Source of the DNA: Dictyostelium discoideum
Lineage: Eukaryota
NCBI GenBank assembly: GCA_000004695.1
Contig: CM000151.3
Location: forward strand, 480,001 to 544,000
Direction: 5' to 3'
Length of the DNA: 64,000 bases
Translations under genes and position numbers: made by a program
Shown: positions 1 to 26,804 of the stretch, piece by piece
Numbering within the stretch: the stretch's first letter is position 1
Layout: each line of letters begins with the position of its first letter
Notes under the pieces: model-generated
The model's input: only the letters and a program-made list of their open reading frames with translations
The model's database searches: none
What the model was told of the DNA's origin: nothing

Positions 1-276
1 TAAACTACCCTAATTTTATTGAATATGGTAATAATTTTTTTTTTTTTTTTATTCATTGGATAAATTAGGGGAAAGGGTAAAGATTTATCCAAGAAAATAA
101 TTTAAAAATTTTCTTGGAAATTATTTATTTATATTATTTTATTTTTTTTTTTTTTTTCAATTTTCACTTTTTTTTTTTTATTTTTTTTTTTTATTTTTTT
201 ATTTTTCAATTTTCACGCAAACATACAAACACAAACACACAGATAAAAAAAAAAAAAAAAAAAATCACGAAATGAA

Positions 277-797
277 ATGAATAATTACAATGAAGATAAT
301 AACACAAAACAACAATCCAGAGTTTATTTTAGTGTTAGAATAGTTGATATCGATTATTATCAAACTAGACCAGTGCAAGGTTTGGATGTAATGGTATCTC
401 CCTTATCATCTTCAAATAACAATAAAACCATCGAAGAGGTACCAATTGTTAGAATATTCGGATCAACACCAGCCGGTCAAAAGTGTTGTTTACACCTTCA
501 TCAACTATTTCCATACTTTTTCATTGAATATACTGAAAATTCATTATCAACTGAATATGTCTCAACATATATTAGAAAATTAGTTTCAACTTTAAATTTA
601 GCTTTAAATCATTCAAATAATAATAATAACAATAATAATAATAATAACAACAATAATAATAATAGTAATAATAATATTAATAGTAATAATAATAATAATG
701 TTTTTTTAAAACAATATATATTTAATGCTAAATTAGTAAGAGGTAGACCATTTTATGGGTATCATTCAACTGATAAAATATTCATTAAAATCTATTT
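277..797 (+). CDS. rev3: DNA polymerase zeta catalytic subunit (Rev3-like), exon 1
   Basis: ATG at 277. The conserved family-B N-terminal segment (FSVRIVDIDYY...PIVRIFGSTPAGQKCCLHLHQLFPYFFIEY) matches the Rev3/pol delta N-terminal domain. The ORF ends KIYL then hits GTATGT at 798-803. Splicing 797|888 gives the continuous ...FIKIYLYNPDDINRVANLLRSGM. Confidence 0.75.
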
Positions 798-847
798 GTA
801 TGTATTATAAATTATCAATAAATTATATATATATATATAATACTTAC

Positions 848-887
<40 letters not shown>
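798..887 (+). other. intron (90 bp, GTATGT...A-rich...AG), phase 2
   Basis: 5' GTATGT at 798 and an A32 run before the AG at 886-887. The exon 1 frame (277 mod 3) and the exon 2 frame (937 mod 3) are joined in frame by this splice, producing tt|a = Leu. Confidence 0.6.
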
Positions 888-8472
<7,585 letters not shown>

Positions 8473-8533
8473 ATAATAACAATAATAAAACAAAACACTT
8501 TTTTATTTTATAAATAATAATTTAATTTAAATT

Positions 8534-13615
<5,082 letters not shown>

Positions 13616-13727
13616 TCTAACTTATATATATATATAAGTTAATAAAAAGTTTTATTTTATAACTGTTAAAAATAAAAAAAAAAATAAAATAAAAATAAAA
13701 TTTTTTTTTTTTTTTTTTTTATTTTTT

Positions 13728-13759
<32 letters not shown>

Positions 13760-13868
13760 CGAAAACCTGGTTAATTAATTTTATTTTTATTTTTATTTTT
13801 ATTTTTTATTTTTACTTTTATTTTTTAAGTTTATACAGATCAAGATTGTGTTGAATTTTCTGAATTAT

Positions 13869-13910
13869 TAAAAAAAAAAAAACATAATCATAAATTTATT
13901 TATGATTATG

Positions 13911-13936
<26 letters not shown>
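13869..13936. promoter_or_regulatory. A14 - perfect 13-bp palindrome (CATAATCATAAAT tt ATTTATGATTATG) - T26 hairpin
   Basis: The inverted repeat is read directly from the sequence. It lies in the 745-bp spacer downstream of the PAP2 gene and upstream of the myotubularin gene. It may be a terminator-like or bidirectional structural element. Confidence 0.4.
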
Positions 13937-13941
<5 letters not shown>

Positions 13942-14159
13942 AATTTTATTTTTTTTTTTTGAATTTTTGGTATCTGTTTGGTGGAACTTTTCCTTTGACA
14001 ATTTTCAAAAGGGGTCTGAAAATTTAAAAATAAAATGAAAAAAAAAAATCCTAATAAGCTCGTAATTAAAAATCTTAAGATTTTTTTTTTTTTTTTAAAA
14101 AATTAAACACTATTTGTTATTAAAAAGGGTAAAAAAAAAAAATTAATTATTATAATTAC

Positions 14160-14207
<48 letters not shown>

Positions 14208-14315
14208 CAAAAACAATGACTTAATTTTATTTTTAAAATGGATTTAGTATTTAAAAATAGAATACTCGAAAAATATACAGGTGATATAGAATGTAAAAAA
14301 AAAAAATGAATGCCA

Positions 14316-14359
<44 letters not shown>

Positions 14360-14366
<7 letters not shown>

Positions 14367-14452
14367 TGAAGTTCATTTAATGGTATACCATTCGGTGATT
14401 GATAACTTTCAAAATTGTTTTGAGTTTTAGTTGAGTTATTATTAATATTATC

Positions 14453-14532
<80 letters not shown>

Positions 14533-15460
14533 TACTATTATTATTATTATTATGATAATCCCAATAAGTTAACCAATGAGAATGAATTGAAATATGATTA
14601 TCACGACCAAATAATGAAGAGAAATTTAAACGATAACATGATAAACTAATTAATAAACCGATTGACCAACCAGCTAAAACATTTAAAAAAGTGTGACGAT
14701 AATCGGCAACTCTTGAAATACCAATTAACCCAGCAGTAATTAAACAACCAATAATAAGTAAATAAATAATAATATGACCTCTATTATCAAAACACTTTAA
14801 TCTAGCCAATAAATACAATGCCAAGAAACCAAAACAGCTCGCAGCAATACTTGAATGACCAGATGGGTAAGCTGATAAACCGTCATTTACAATAAACTCA
14901 CTCTCTGTGCAAATTGATCTATCATAATAGATTGCACCATACCCAACAGGTGGGTTGCCTGCTACGATTGATTCTTTAGTAGGTTTGCAAAATTCTAAAA
15001 ACGAAGGTCTCAATCCTCCAATGAACACTTTAAATGATCCAGTTAATAGTATTGTAACTGAAATTGATTGAAGAAATCCTAATAGTGAATGATGGAAATC
15101 GTTTATATCCCTTTTAAATATAATTGAAATTAGTAGTATCATTGCAAATGGTACGGCAGTTACAAGAGGTATTAATAAGCCAAGGGGTATGATTTCCTCT
15201 AGTTTCGGATACGATATTGATTCATCGTTTAATCTAAACAATCTTCCTCTTACTGGTACTTTTAAAAGTAATATAGAACCAATAACTAATAAAACAACTA
15301 CACAAAACCAATCTAATAAATAAATTAATTTTTTATTATTTTTCCTTAAATCAATATCATAAAATAATGGTTTATCATATTGATTTTCATAAATTATTTT
15401 TTTGATTTTTTTATTTATAATTGTTTCATCATTATTAAATAGTAATCCACTATTTTCCAT
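14360..15460 (-). CDS. PAP2-family lipid phosphate phosphatase (phosphatidic acid phosphatase type 2), 366 aa
   Basis: ATG at 15460 on the minus strand. PAP2 motif C1 is KVFIGGLRPSF (KxxxxxxRP) and C2 is PSGHSS. C3 reads SRVADYRHTFLNV, which is SRxxxxxHxxx with Asn in place of the usual terminal Asp. There are multiple hydrophobic TM segments and a C-terminal polyAsn tail. Confidence 0.8.
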
Positions 15461-15789
15461 TTTTTTTTTTTTATTTTTTTATTTTTTTAATGTGTTTAGG
15501 TTATATTTAATTAATTTATTTTTTATTAATATCTAAAAATATAAAATAAAAAAAAAAAAAAAAAAAAACAAAACTCAACGTTTTTGGGGTTACATGGGTG
15601 TTATTATTTTTTTTTTTATATTTTTTTTTTTTATTTTTTTTTTTTTTTATTTTTTTTTTTTTATTTTTTCTGAATTTTTAGGTGAAAATAATTATTTTTT
15701 TATTTCCCAAACCTTTTTAGAAAGATAGACAATAAACAATGTTTTTGTAATAATAATAATAATAATAGTAATAATCAAATTATTGAAGA

Positions 15790-16200
15790 AAAATAGTATC
15801 AGTTGATCATTATAAAATACTTTATGATTGAAAAGCTTTCAAAGAATTTTTATATGATGGATCTTTTGATAGGTTCACTCCAGAATTGAAATTGCAAATC
15901 TTTGATGCTGGCATTGATTGCTTTTCAGTTTTATTAAATTTAAACGACCAAAATTGGCCAAAAATTTCATTTTTATCAGTACCAAAAAGATGTCTTTTGA
16001 AGAATAGATATAATCCATAATAAAGCCATCAAAAAAGAGTATCCTTCAAATCTCCTTTTGATATCTATGATCAAAAAAACTATAATCAATTCATTAATGA
16101 TATAGTTTATGATGAAAAAAATATAAAAGACTTGGTCGATCTTTAATCCCATCTTGTGACGATGATTGGTGTGAATTATTGATACATTTACAAAAAATCC
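15790..16200 (+). pseudogene. possible decayed coding remnant (unknown family)
   Basis: Codon-like composition. Short protein-like frames are interrupted by stops and frame changes, for example FDRFTPELKLQIFDAGIDCFSVLLNLNDQNWPKISFLSVPKRCLLKNRYNP. There is no ATG-initiated long ORF. Confidence 0.2.
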
Positions 16201-16282
16201 TTAAACCTGTAATCTATTTTAATTTAATCAATCAATTAAAATTGATATATGAATAATAACAAAACAAAACAAAACAAAACAA

Positions 16283-16553
<271 letters not shown>

Positions 16554-16999
16554 ATAATCCATGTGGATATGTAAATTGAGAATTGTAATAATAATACACC
16601 AAAACCAATACAAGCAAACATAAAAATTAGAAGTAATAAAGTAGGGTCTATTTCTAAAAATGTTAACGTTTCTTTCTGGGAATAATAAAATTTCAAATAA
16701 AAACATCGATAATAAACCCAGGAATATCCTTTAATAAAATAGTTAAAAATTTAAAATTAAAATTACACACACACATATATATATTTAATAGATTAATAAA
16801 TTGTTACTATAATAAAATTTTTAAAAACATATACAATTTTCCTTTTAAAAATAAAGTCTTTTTTTATGAAAGTAACATTCAGACATTATTATTATTTATT
16901 TTTTTTATTTATTTATTTGTTTATTTCAATTAAATTAAATTTTTAATATTTATAAATAGTTCTTCGTCTCCAATTTCATTTGGTATTTGGAAATTTGGT

Positions 17000-18110
17000 T
17001 CTTTTAAATAATTTATTAAAATTGTTCTAATCTTGGAACTACACGGGAAAAAACACAATAAAATCCATTTTTATCTTTAAAACCGCGGTCACCAGAATTA
17101 TAATACCCTTTGGATTTTATGAATAATTGTTTATTTTTCATTATTTTTATAAAATGAAATTGCAAAACTTGATGGTATTGGTAATTTAAATGAAAATCCA
17201 CCAATTTCATTCTCATTTACCAACTCTGGTGAAAGTATTGATGGTTTAATGAAAATTGAAGGTACACCACCTACTTCATTATGAATGGGATCATTTTATA
17301 TTTTGTTCATTACCAAAATGCTTGATATTCCAATTTCACTCTGACCATACCCTCTTGAACGTTTTACTTTAATTTTAATTTCAAAGAAATCTGAAATTGA
17401 TTCATCAATAATTTCGTGACCAGTACCAATAAACTTGATAAATTATAGGTTGAATGTAAATTCACGGGTATTTGGAAAGTGTGTGGACCAGTGAATGCGA
17501 CGGATACTTTATGTTTTTCAATTGTTTTCCAAAATAAATCTTCAAGTTTTTGAATTGTTAAAGAGCCCATACCAGTATAGCAAAAGAATGTTAAAATTAA
17601 CTTGTTTGATAAAAGTGTACTACTGTGGTATTTCAAACAAACCAAATATGAAACATTACCTCTAACAATTGGTTGAATCTCTTGTAAAAACTATATATAA
17701 TGGATGACTTGAATTAACTGAAACATATTCATAAAATGGTTTTGTTGATTTTCTTTGATTCTATTTATTTCTAAATCCAAATTTAAAGAATTTGGTATTG
17801 GTTTTGTACTTTTAAAATTATAAAACAGATTCCAATTAAATAGCCATTATCATCATTTCTATAATGGGTAATTGCTAGAATTGGTTTAAAATTTTATATG
17901 TCAATTGCTTTGTTTAATTTTGATGTTATATAAATTTATTAATGAATAATCAATGCTACTTGATCCCTTTTTATTGGATTATTTATATGAACTATTTAAT
18001 TTACCACCTTGAAACCAATCAGGATAAATTTCATCACTACTATAAATTTTATCCAAAAATAATAAAAAACAATTATTAGAACAAAATAAATAATTTAATT
18101 AATTGTTTAT
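17000..18110 (-). pseudogene. AMP-binding enzyme (acyl-CoA ligase / 4-coumarate-CoA-ligase-like) pseudogene
   Basis: Minus-strand frames carry AMP-binding signatures. RSRGYGQSEIGISS matches the GYGxTE motif, and KGYYNSGDRGFKDKNGFYCVFSRV matches the TGD-x-G-x-x-D-x-DG...R motif near the C-terminus. These signatures sit in different frames separated by stops, so the gene is frameshifted or disrupted. No single long ORF is present. Confidence 0.5.
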
Positions 18111-19180
18111 AACTTACCAATAAATATATTTCTTTGCAACCTCATCCCAAGATTCATTTGGTTTAGTATTTATTATAATTTTCAAAATTAAATGGATCAC
18201 TTAATTTGTGCATCTCCTTTTTTTTTTTTAAATTTAATTCAAAAACACACCACAAATAAATTAAAAGGTGTTCAGAGGAAAAAAAAAAAAAAAAAAAAAA
18301 AAAATTAAAAGAGAAATTGTCAAAAAAAAAAAAAAAAAAAAAAAAAGTGTGATTGTGTTTAAAAATTTTTATAAAAAAAAAAAAAAAGTTTTGTTTAGCG
18401 GTTATTTGTAAATAACACACTCAGACGTTTTCTAACATGTGGGTGTTGTGGGGTTAGAAAAATAATAAACACTTGAAAAAACAAAAATAAACCTAGAAAA
18501 TAAAAAAAATAAAAACTAAGGGAAAAACACAGATAAACCAGAAAAAAAAAAAAAAAAAAAAAACTTTTTTTTATATAAGTGAGTGTGTGAAGTACTTGTT
18601 AACAGTTGAATGGATATCTCAATTAACTATATTAGATTGGTAAAAATTAATTTGCTAATAAATATTTTCAATTTATATCTGGTGTATCACCTGTAACTGC
18701 AAGAAATGTTTAATAAATTTTTTTTTTTTTAACACTATGGCCAACAATTAGGGTGTTAAAATTTAAACTACACGTACGTTTCCTCATTTATACAAAATAA
18801 TAATAATAAATATAATATTAATTTTTTAATTTTATTCATAAACATTAGGTAATCAAAATCTATTTATAAAAAAACGCTGTTTTTAATATAAAAATAATAG
18901 TAATCAAAGTTACATTAAACTCAAATTATACAAGAACAATAGAAAAAAAATAACACTTTATTTTTTTTTTTTTAAATTATTATTTTTAATTATTTTTTTG
19001 TATTTATTTTGGAATGTATAAAAATAAATAAATTTGAATTTATCTATTTATTTAATTATAAAAAAAAAAAAAAAATATTAAAATATTTATTAAAAATAAT
19101 AAAATCAATATTCAACCTAATAAATACAAACAACAATAAAAAAAATAAAATAACAATTTATATATATATATTAACAAAAA

Positions 19181-19835
19181 ATGGATATGAAATTAAATGA
19201 TATTGAAAATGAAAATTTTATAAATCAAATGAAAGGTGTTGCAATTGTTGGTATTGGATTTAGAATCCCTTCTGGTAATAGTGAAAATTCAATTAGTTCA
19301 CCAGATGATTTATTTAATAATTTAAAGAATGGTTTTGATGGTGTTAGTAGTACATCAGAAAGATGGAGTGACAATTACCACAAGTTGGGTGAAATTAGTA
19401 GTCCAAATGCAGGTTTATTACCATTAAATGAATGGAAATCATTCGATCCATTATTTTTTGGTATTAATCCATCCGATGCTCATCATATTGATCCTCAACA
19501 AAGATTATTATTAAAATGTACATGGGAAGCATTAGAAGATGCATCTATCGATCCAATTTCAATTCGTGGTACAAATACTTCAGTTTTCATTGGCTCATCA
19601 ACTATTGATTATTTACATGCAAATAAACATCCAGATCTTATTTTAAAGAATGCTATTGGTTTTTCACCAAGTACTTTATCAAATAGAATTTCATACTGCT
19701 TCGATATCCATGGTCCTTCATTATCAATTGATACAGCTTGCTCATCATCAATGAATGCTGTTACTCAAGGTTATCACTCAATATTAAATGGTACTTCCAA
19801 TATGTCTATTGTTGGTGGTGTAAATTTTGTAATAG
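19181..19835 (+). CDS. type I iterative polyketide synthase paralog A, exon 1 (KS N-terminal part including the active-site Cys)
   Basis: ATG at 19181. The KS beta-ketoacyl synthase N-terminus is [14 protein letters not shown] ... DTACSSSMNAV. The exon ends ...VNFVI then G|GTAAGA. Confidence 0.85.
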
Positions 19836-19920
19836 GTAAGAATTCTTATATTCTTGTGATTAATTATAATTATAATTTATTTTTAAATTATTAACTATTT
19901 TATTTATTTATTCATACTAG

Positions 19921-22900
19921 ATGTTGAAACAATAAAAGGTTTTTCATATTTAAATATGTTAAGTAAAACACATGGTAAATGTAAAGCATTTGATGAAAGT
20001 GGTGATGGTTTTACACGTGGTGAATGTGCTGGTGTTGTAGTTTTAAAGAAACTTGATGATGCTATTAGAGATGGTAATAGAATTTATTGTATAATTAATG
20101 GTATAAGTTCAAATATTGATGGTAATGGAATTGCTGATAAGGCCAACTTTTATTCACCATCAAAGCAATCACAATTTAATAATATTAATTTAGCATTTAA
20201 ATCAACCAATGGTAAAATTTCAGTAAATGACATTCAATATATCGAAGCACATGGTACCGGTACTAAAACAGGTGATCCAATTGAAACTGAAGCAATTTCA
20301 ATGGCTTTTAAAAATAGAGATAAATCAACACCAATTCTAATTGGTTCAATTAAAAGTAATATTGGTCATTGTGAAGCTGGTTCAGGTGTTGTATCATTAA
20401 TCAAATGTTGTTTAATGTTTAAATATCAATGCTTTTTACCAAATATTCATTTCAAAAATCCAAATCCATTAATTAAATTCAATGAATGGAATTTAAAAGT
20501 TGTAACATCACCAATTCCATTCAACAGAAATAATGAAAAATCAGTTTCAATGATGATTAATAACTTTGGTGTTACTGGTTCAAATTGTTGTTTACTTATT
20601 TCAGAGTTTAAAAAACAAGATTATGAATCATATGAAAACAACATCGGCAGTATTAATAAAAATATATTAGTGCCATTCTCAGCAAATTCTCCAAAGTCAT
20701 TGGACCAATACCAATCAAAAATCAAAAATATAATTAATAATCAATTCAATTTTATTGATTTTGCAAATAACCAAATTTATTCAAAATCAAATTATCTTTA
20801 TCAAAGATCAGTTGTAATAGCAAATAATTCAAATGATCTTGTTAATAAAATTTTAAATAAAAAACATATTCAAACTAAAAATCCAATCATTTCAAATATG
20901 TCATTCAAAGGAAAGAATCCAATTACAATTTTTGTTTTTTCAGGTCAAGGATCACAATATCCTAAAATGGCTTTAGAATTATATAATAATGAAGTAATCT
21001 TTAAAAAATCAATTGATTTAATCGATTCAAAATTATCAAAATACTATGGTTATTCAGTTTTAGAAAAATTAAGATCGATTGGAGATGATGATACTACTTC
21101 CATTCATGATCCAACTATTGCACAACCAGCAATGTGTATGTTTTCAGTATCATTATTTGAATTATATAAACATTGGGGAGTAAATCCTTCATTTATTCTT
21201 GGTCATAGTCTTGGTGAAATCCCAACCTCATATTGTTCTGGAATGATTGATTTAGATACATTCTGTTATACAGTTTATCAAAGATCAATAGCACAAACTA
21301 AAACACATGGTAATGGTAGAATGTTATCAATCAATATTAGTGATGAAGAATTTAAATCAATGTATTCTCAAAAGTATCCACAAATTGAAATTGCGTGTTA
21401 TAATTCACCTCAATCAATTGTTGTGGCAGGTAATGAATCAATATTAAATGAAATTTCAAAAGAATTAAAAGAAAAAGAAATTTTCACTGCAATGTTAGGT
21501 TCATTATCATCATTCCATACAAGTAGTCAACAATGTACAAAAGATAGTATATTACAACTAAACATTGAAAGTAAAAAATCAAAAGTACCAACATTTTCAA
21601 CAGTTACAACAAATTTATTCAACGAATCAGATCCATTTAATTCACAGTATGTTTATGATAATATTATTAATCCAGTTAAATTCACACAAACAATTTCAAA
21701 TATTTATAAACATATCGAATCAAATCAATTAGATAATGATATTGTATTCATTGAAATTGCACCACATCCAACATTATCATTTTATATTAAACAAATGGTA
21801 CCATCAAGTTTAAATGAATCAGTTTCAGTTTATTCAGCACTTCACAAGAAAAAGAATGATGTCGAAGAGTTTCAACAAACCATTTCAAATTTATATTGTC
21901 AAAATGGATATAATATTAATTTTAAATGTCAATTTAATAATAAAAAATCAAATCAAAAAATTAATTTACCACTTTATCAATGGGATGACGAATTATATTT
22001 CGCTCAAACTCAAGTACTCGAACAACATAGAAAAGAAGGACCACCAATTGACCATCTTGGTCTATCAAACTCTTATTATTCACCATTTAAAAATTCATAT
22101 AGGACATTTATTGATATAAAGAATAAACCATTTCAATATCTAAAAGGTCATATGGTTAAAGGTAAATACTACTTCCCAGGTTGTGGTTATATTGATAATA
22201 TTATTCAGCTTTATAAAAATCAAGATATTTTTATTAGTTTTATTGAATTTAAAACACCATTAATTTTAATTGAGGGTATCAATCAATGTTTACAGACAAA
22301 CATTCAACAAACTGGTAAAAGTGAATATCGTGCACAATTTCATTTCAAAGATCAAAAATCAAATGAATGGATTCAATCATCAAATGCAAATTTCCAATTA
22401 TTAGATCACACTATTGAAATGCCACCAAAGTATAATATTGAAGAAATTATTAAAAACAAATGTACGTTGGCAAGATTAACAAAGAATGAAATTTATACTC
22501 ACATAAAATCAAAAACTGGTTTAAATTATACTGCAATGTTTCAAGGTGCTACTGAATGTTATATAGGTGTAGATTGTACATTATCAGTTGTATCAATTGA
22601 ATCTCAAACAAATTCATTTTTAAATATACCAATTTTAGATTCAGTTTTCCATGGTAACATTTCTTTAATAAATGATCAATGTCAAATTGTATTTGATAAA
22701 GTTCATGGGTTAAAGTACTATTCATCAAATATTCCAAATGATTATAAAGATAAATCAGTTTATGTATATGCAAAATTAAAATCAAAGACAAGTGATTCAT
22801 ATTCAGCTTCATTTACTGTACTATTATCGGATGGTACAGTTGTATATGAAATTGATGAAGCATTCAGTAAATCTTTAATTCCAATTAAAGAATTACTTAA

Positions 22901-25900
22901 AATTGAATATCCAAATGATGAATTATTTTCAATTAATTTACAACCAAAAGATTCTCCAATTCCAGCTCCTTCAACTTTCAAATCCCTAATTTATGAAAAT
23001 GATCGTTTCAATGCTGAACCACCAATGGTAGAGAATCTCTTTCAATACATTTCAACAATATTTTATAAAAATATTATAAATAGATGTCCAGAAATTAATA
23101 TTGATATAATTAAATCTTTAAGTATTGATGAAATTATTTCAAATTTCAGTAAAATTTCAAAACATGAAAGATTATTTAAATATGTTTTTGAAACTATAAA
23201 AGAGAATGGTATTCTTAATAGTTTGGAAGAAAAAGATGATACTTACTTTGTATTTAATGAAGTACTTATCAAATCATCAAGAGTTATTTCAAAATTATTA
23301 TTCCCATTAGAAAATGATAATGATAATGAAGATACACCTCAATTATTATTTCAAAATGGTTTAATGGATAAAGTTTATAAATGCAGATATTTAAAAAATA
23401 AGAATCAAATGATTGCCCATATTATTAAACATTCAATTAAAGAGATTATTAATAATAATATTATAATTAGAATTTTAGAATTTGGAGGAGGTACTGCATC
23501 ATTATCAGTTGAAGTTATTGAAGAAATCGTTACATTACTTCAAGAGAATCCAAATTATCAAGTTGAAATCGAATATACATGGAGTGATATTTCGCCTGCA
23601 TTCATAGTAGATACAAAGAATAAAATCAATAAAATCATTAAAGGTGCTGGTATAACAAATGGATTAAATGTTATTTATCATCCATTAACAATTGATGAAT
23701 CATTGGTAGAACTTCAATCAATCAAACCATCATATTATGATTTTGTTATAATGTCAAATGTTCTTCATGTTGTTAAAGATATTAAACAAGCTGTAGAACA
23801 AATGTATCAATTGTTAATACCAAATGGTCAATTACTTTTTGTTGAACCCCCTTATAAATCAATAATATGTGATAGTTTATTTGGTTCATTTGAACAATGG
23901 TGGGCATTCACTGATACTGATATTAGAAAAGATCATTGTTGTCTTTCTCAAGATGGTTGGTATAAATTATTGAAATGGTCAAACTTTGAAAGTATTGAAA
24001 TGTCAACTGAAAGTAAATTCATGGGATCAGTTATCCAAGCACAAAAACCATCATTTACATCATTAATAAATCAACAACCAAAGTATGATAATATTATTAT
24101 TTTTGGTAACAATTGTCCAAACTTTATTGATAATATTAAACCATTTTCAAATTTCAATGAGTTCATTCAAATTGAAACTATTCAAGAATTTGATCAACTA
24201 ATTAACAAATCAACAATTACAAATGATTCAATCATTTATTTCATAAAATCAATTAATCAGTTATCTTTGGATAATTATAAACAAGCAACTCTTGAATATA
24301 TTGAAATCAATCAAAAACTATTACAAATTAATAGTTTATGTAAACATGTATTAATTGTTAATGATTCAAGAAAAACCAACTATTTAGCATCATCAATTGT
24401 TGGTGCTGCAAGATACTTTGATGAATTCCAACAATTGAAATTACATACATTAGATTTTGATTATGATTCAACCCAAAATTATTTAATTTCAAAAAATAAC
24501 AAAATGGTTCAATTCATTAATAACTTGATAGACTCCAAAACAAATGTTCATAAAGAAATGATTATAATTAATAACAAAGTATATTATGAAATAGTTCAAA
24601 AAGAGAAAAATCTAAAATTAAAATACAATTCAGAATCTTTCGAACAACAAGATAATTTAATGTGTTCATTATCACCAAATTTAGAATATCAATTACAATC
24701 AAAACAAATTAAATTAAGAGATAATCAAGTTGAAGTTAAAACAATTGCAACTGGTATCAATAATAAAGATTACTTAGTTTATAGTGGTTTAGAAGGTAGT
24801 GTTAATTCAAATACACCACAATTTGGATATGAATTTTCAGGTATAATAACAAGAGTTGGTAATAATGTAAAAGATTATAAAGTTGGTGATAATGTATTTG
24901 GTTTATCAAATTCTTGTACATCATCCAATATTATTGTGAATCATGAAAGAATTCAAATAAAACCTTCAAACATAAGTCATATTGAAGCAGCATCAATTCC
25001 AATTGATTATTTAACATCATTTATGAGTTTATTCAATGTTGGTTGTTTAAATATTGAAGATAATGAATCAATTTTAATTCATTTAGGTAGTGATAGTTTT
25101 GGGTTATCAACATTTGAAATATTAAAATGGAAAGGTTTTAAATCAAATTTATTCGTTACAGTTAATTCGGATGAAATTAAACAATATCTTTTAAATAATT
25201 ATGGTGATTTAATAACTGCAATTTATTCAAACACAGATAAAGGTTATGTAAGTCAAATTAAAAATAAACTTATTGAACAAGGCTCAAATGATAATGGAGT
25301 AGATTTAATATTAAATACATTACCAAGTGATTTTATGGATTCAAATTTCCAATTGTTAGCAATTAATGGTAGAATTATAGATTTATCAAATGATCATTTA
25401 AACCAAAGTGAATATATGAAAAATGTAAACTTTACTCTTAATCGTGGTTATCATAATTTTGATTTAATGTCACAAAGAAATTCAAGAATCAATAGAAGTT
25501 TATTAACCATTTCAAAAGCAATTGAAAATGGTGAATTAAAATTAATTCCAATTAAAGAATTTTCAAACTCTGATATTAATGATGCAATTGAATTTATTAT
25601 TGAAGAGAATAGAATTGATAAAATTGTAGTTAGTCATGATCATGAAGTTTATCAAGAACTCTATGCTAAATTTTCAAATGAAAATGATTTTTCAATATTA
25701 AAATCAAATTATCAAATTAATTCAAATAATTTAGGTAAAAATATATTAATTACCGGTCAATCAGGTATTATTTTAGAAATATTAAAATGGATCATTAAAT
25801 ATTCAAATATTAACACAATAGAAAATGTTATTATTCTTTCAAGATCATCATTAAAATGGGAATTAGAATTATTAATTAATCAAACCAAACTATCAAATAA

Positions 25901-26804
25901 TAATATTAAATTCCATTTCAAGAGTGTTGATGTTGGTGATAGTGAACAAGTTGATAATGCAATCAATGAAATATTAAATGAAAATCAAGAAATTATAAAT
26001 ATTCATTCAATATTCCATTTTGCATTTACCCAAATTGCATGTAAAGTTCAAGAAATCAATATGAAACATTTAGATATTTCACACGGAGCAAAAACAATGG
26101 GAGCAATTAATTTACATAATCAATCAATTAAACGTAATTGGAAATTAATTAATTTTGTGATTTCGTCATCAATTGCCTCTCTTGTTGGTTCAACAGATCA
26201 GTGTTCATATGTTTGTGCAAATGCATTATTAGATTCATTTTCAAAATATAGAGTATCTCTTGGACTACCATCAACATCTATTAATCTTGGTGCAATTGAA
26301 TCAACTGGTTTCGTTTCAAAGAATGAATCGATTTCAGTATTTTTAGATGGCAGTGGTATTATTCCAACACCAATCAATCAAGTTTTAGGCCTTTTAGATT
26401 TACAAATTCAAAACCCTGGTAAATTTACAAATTCAATGGTTGCTAAATTTAATCCATTAAACTTTTCAAATAATGAACAAATTAATCTTTTATTAAAAAT
26501 GGATTACATTTTCAATTTACATTCTAATGGATATACTAAAGTAAAGGAGAGTGCTGGAAGTAAAAATGTTGATGAATTGTTTATTAAAAAAATATCAGAT
26601 TTATTCTCAATTGATGAATCTAAAATAAATAAGGATATTAGATTAATCGATTATGGCGCAGACTCATTAGTTATCGTTCAATTAAAGAATTGGGTTGACC
26701 AAGAAATTGGATTTAATTTAATTACAATTCAACAACTTCAAAATAATACAATTAATGTTTCAATTAAAATAATTTTAAATTTTTTGAAAAAGATAAATAA
26801 ATAA
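19921..26804 (+). CDS. PKS paralog A, exon 2 (rest of KS, then AT-DH-cMT-ER-KR-ACP); stop at 26802-26804
   Basis: An 84-bp intron (19836-19920, GTAAGA...ACTAG) in phase 1 restores ..[41 protein letters not shown]. The KS His motifs are EAHGTGT and [10 protein letters not shown]. The AT motif is GHSLGE, the DH motif HMVKGKYYFPGCG and the cMT SAM motif ILEFGGGTAS. There are an ER-like MDR segment, a KR Rossmann segment ILITGQSGI and an ACP motif IDYGADSLV. No domain follows the ACP. Confidence 0.85.
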
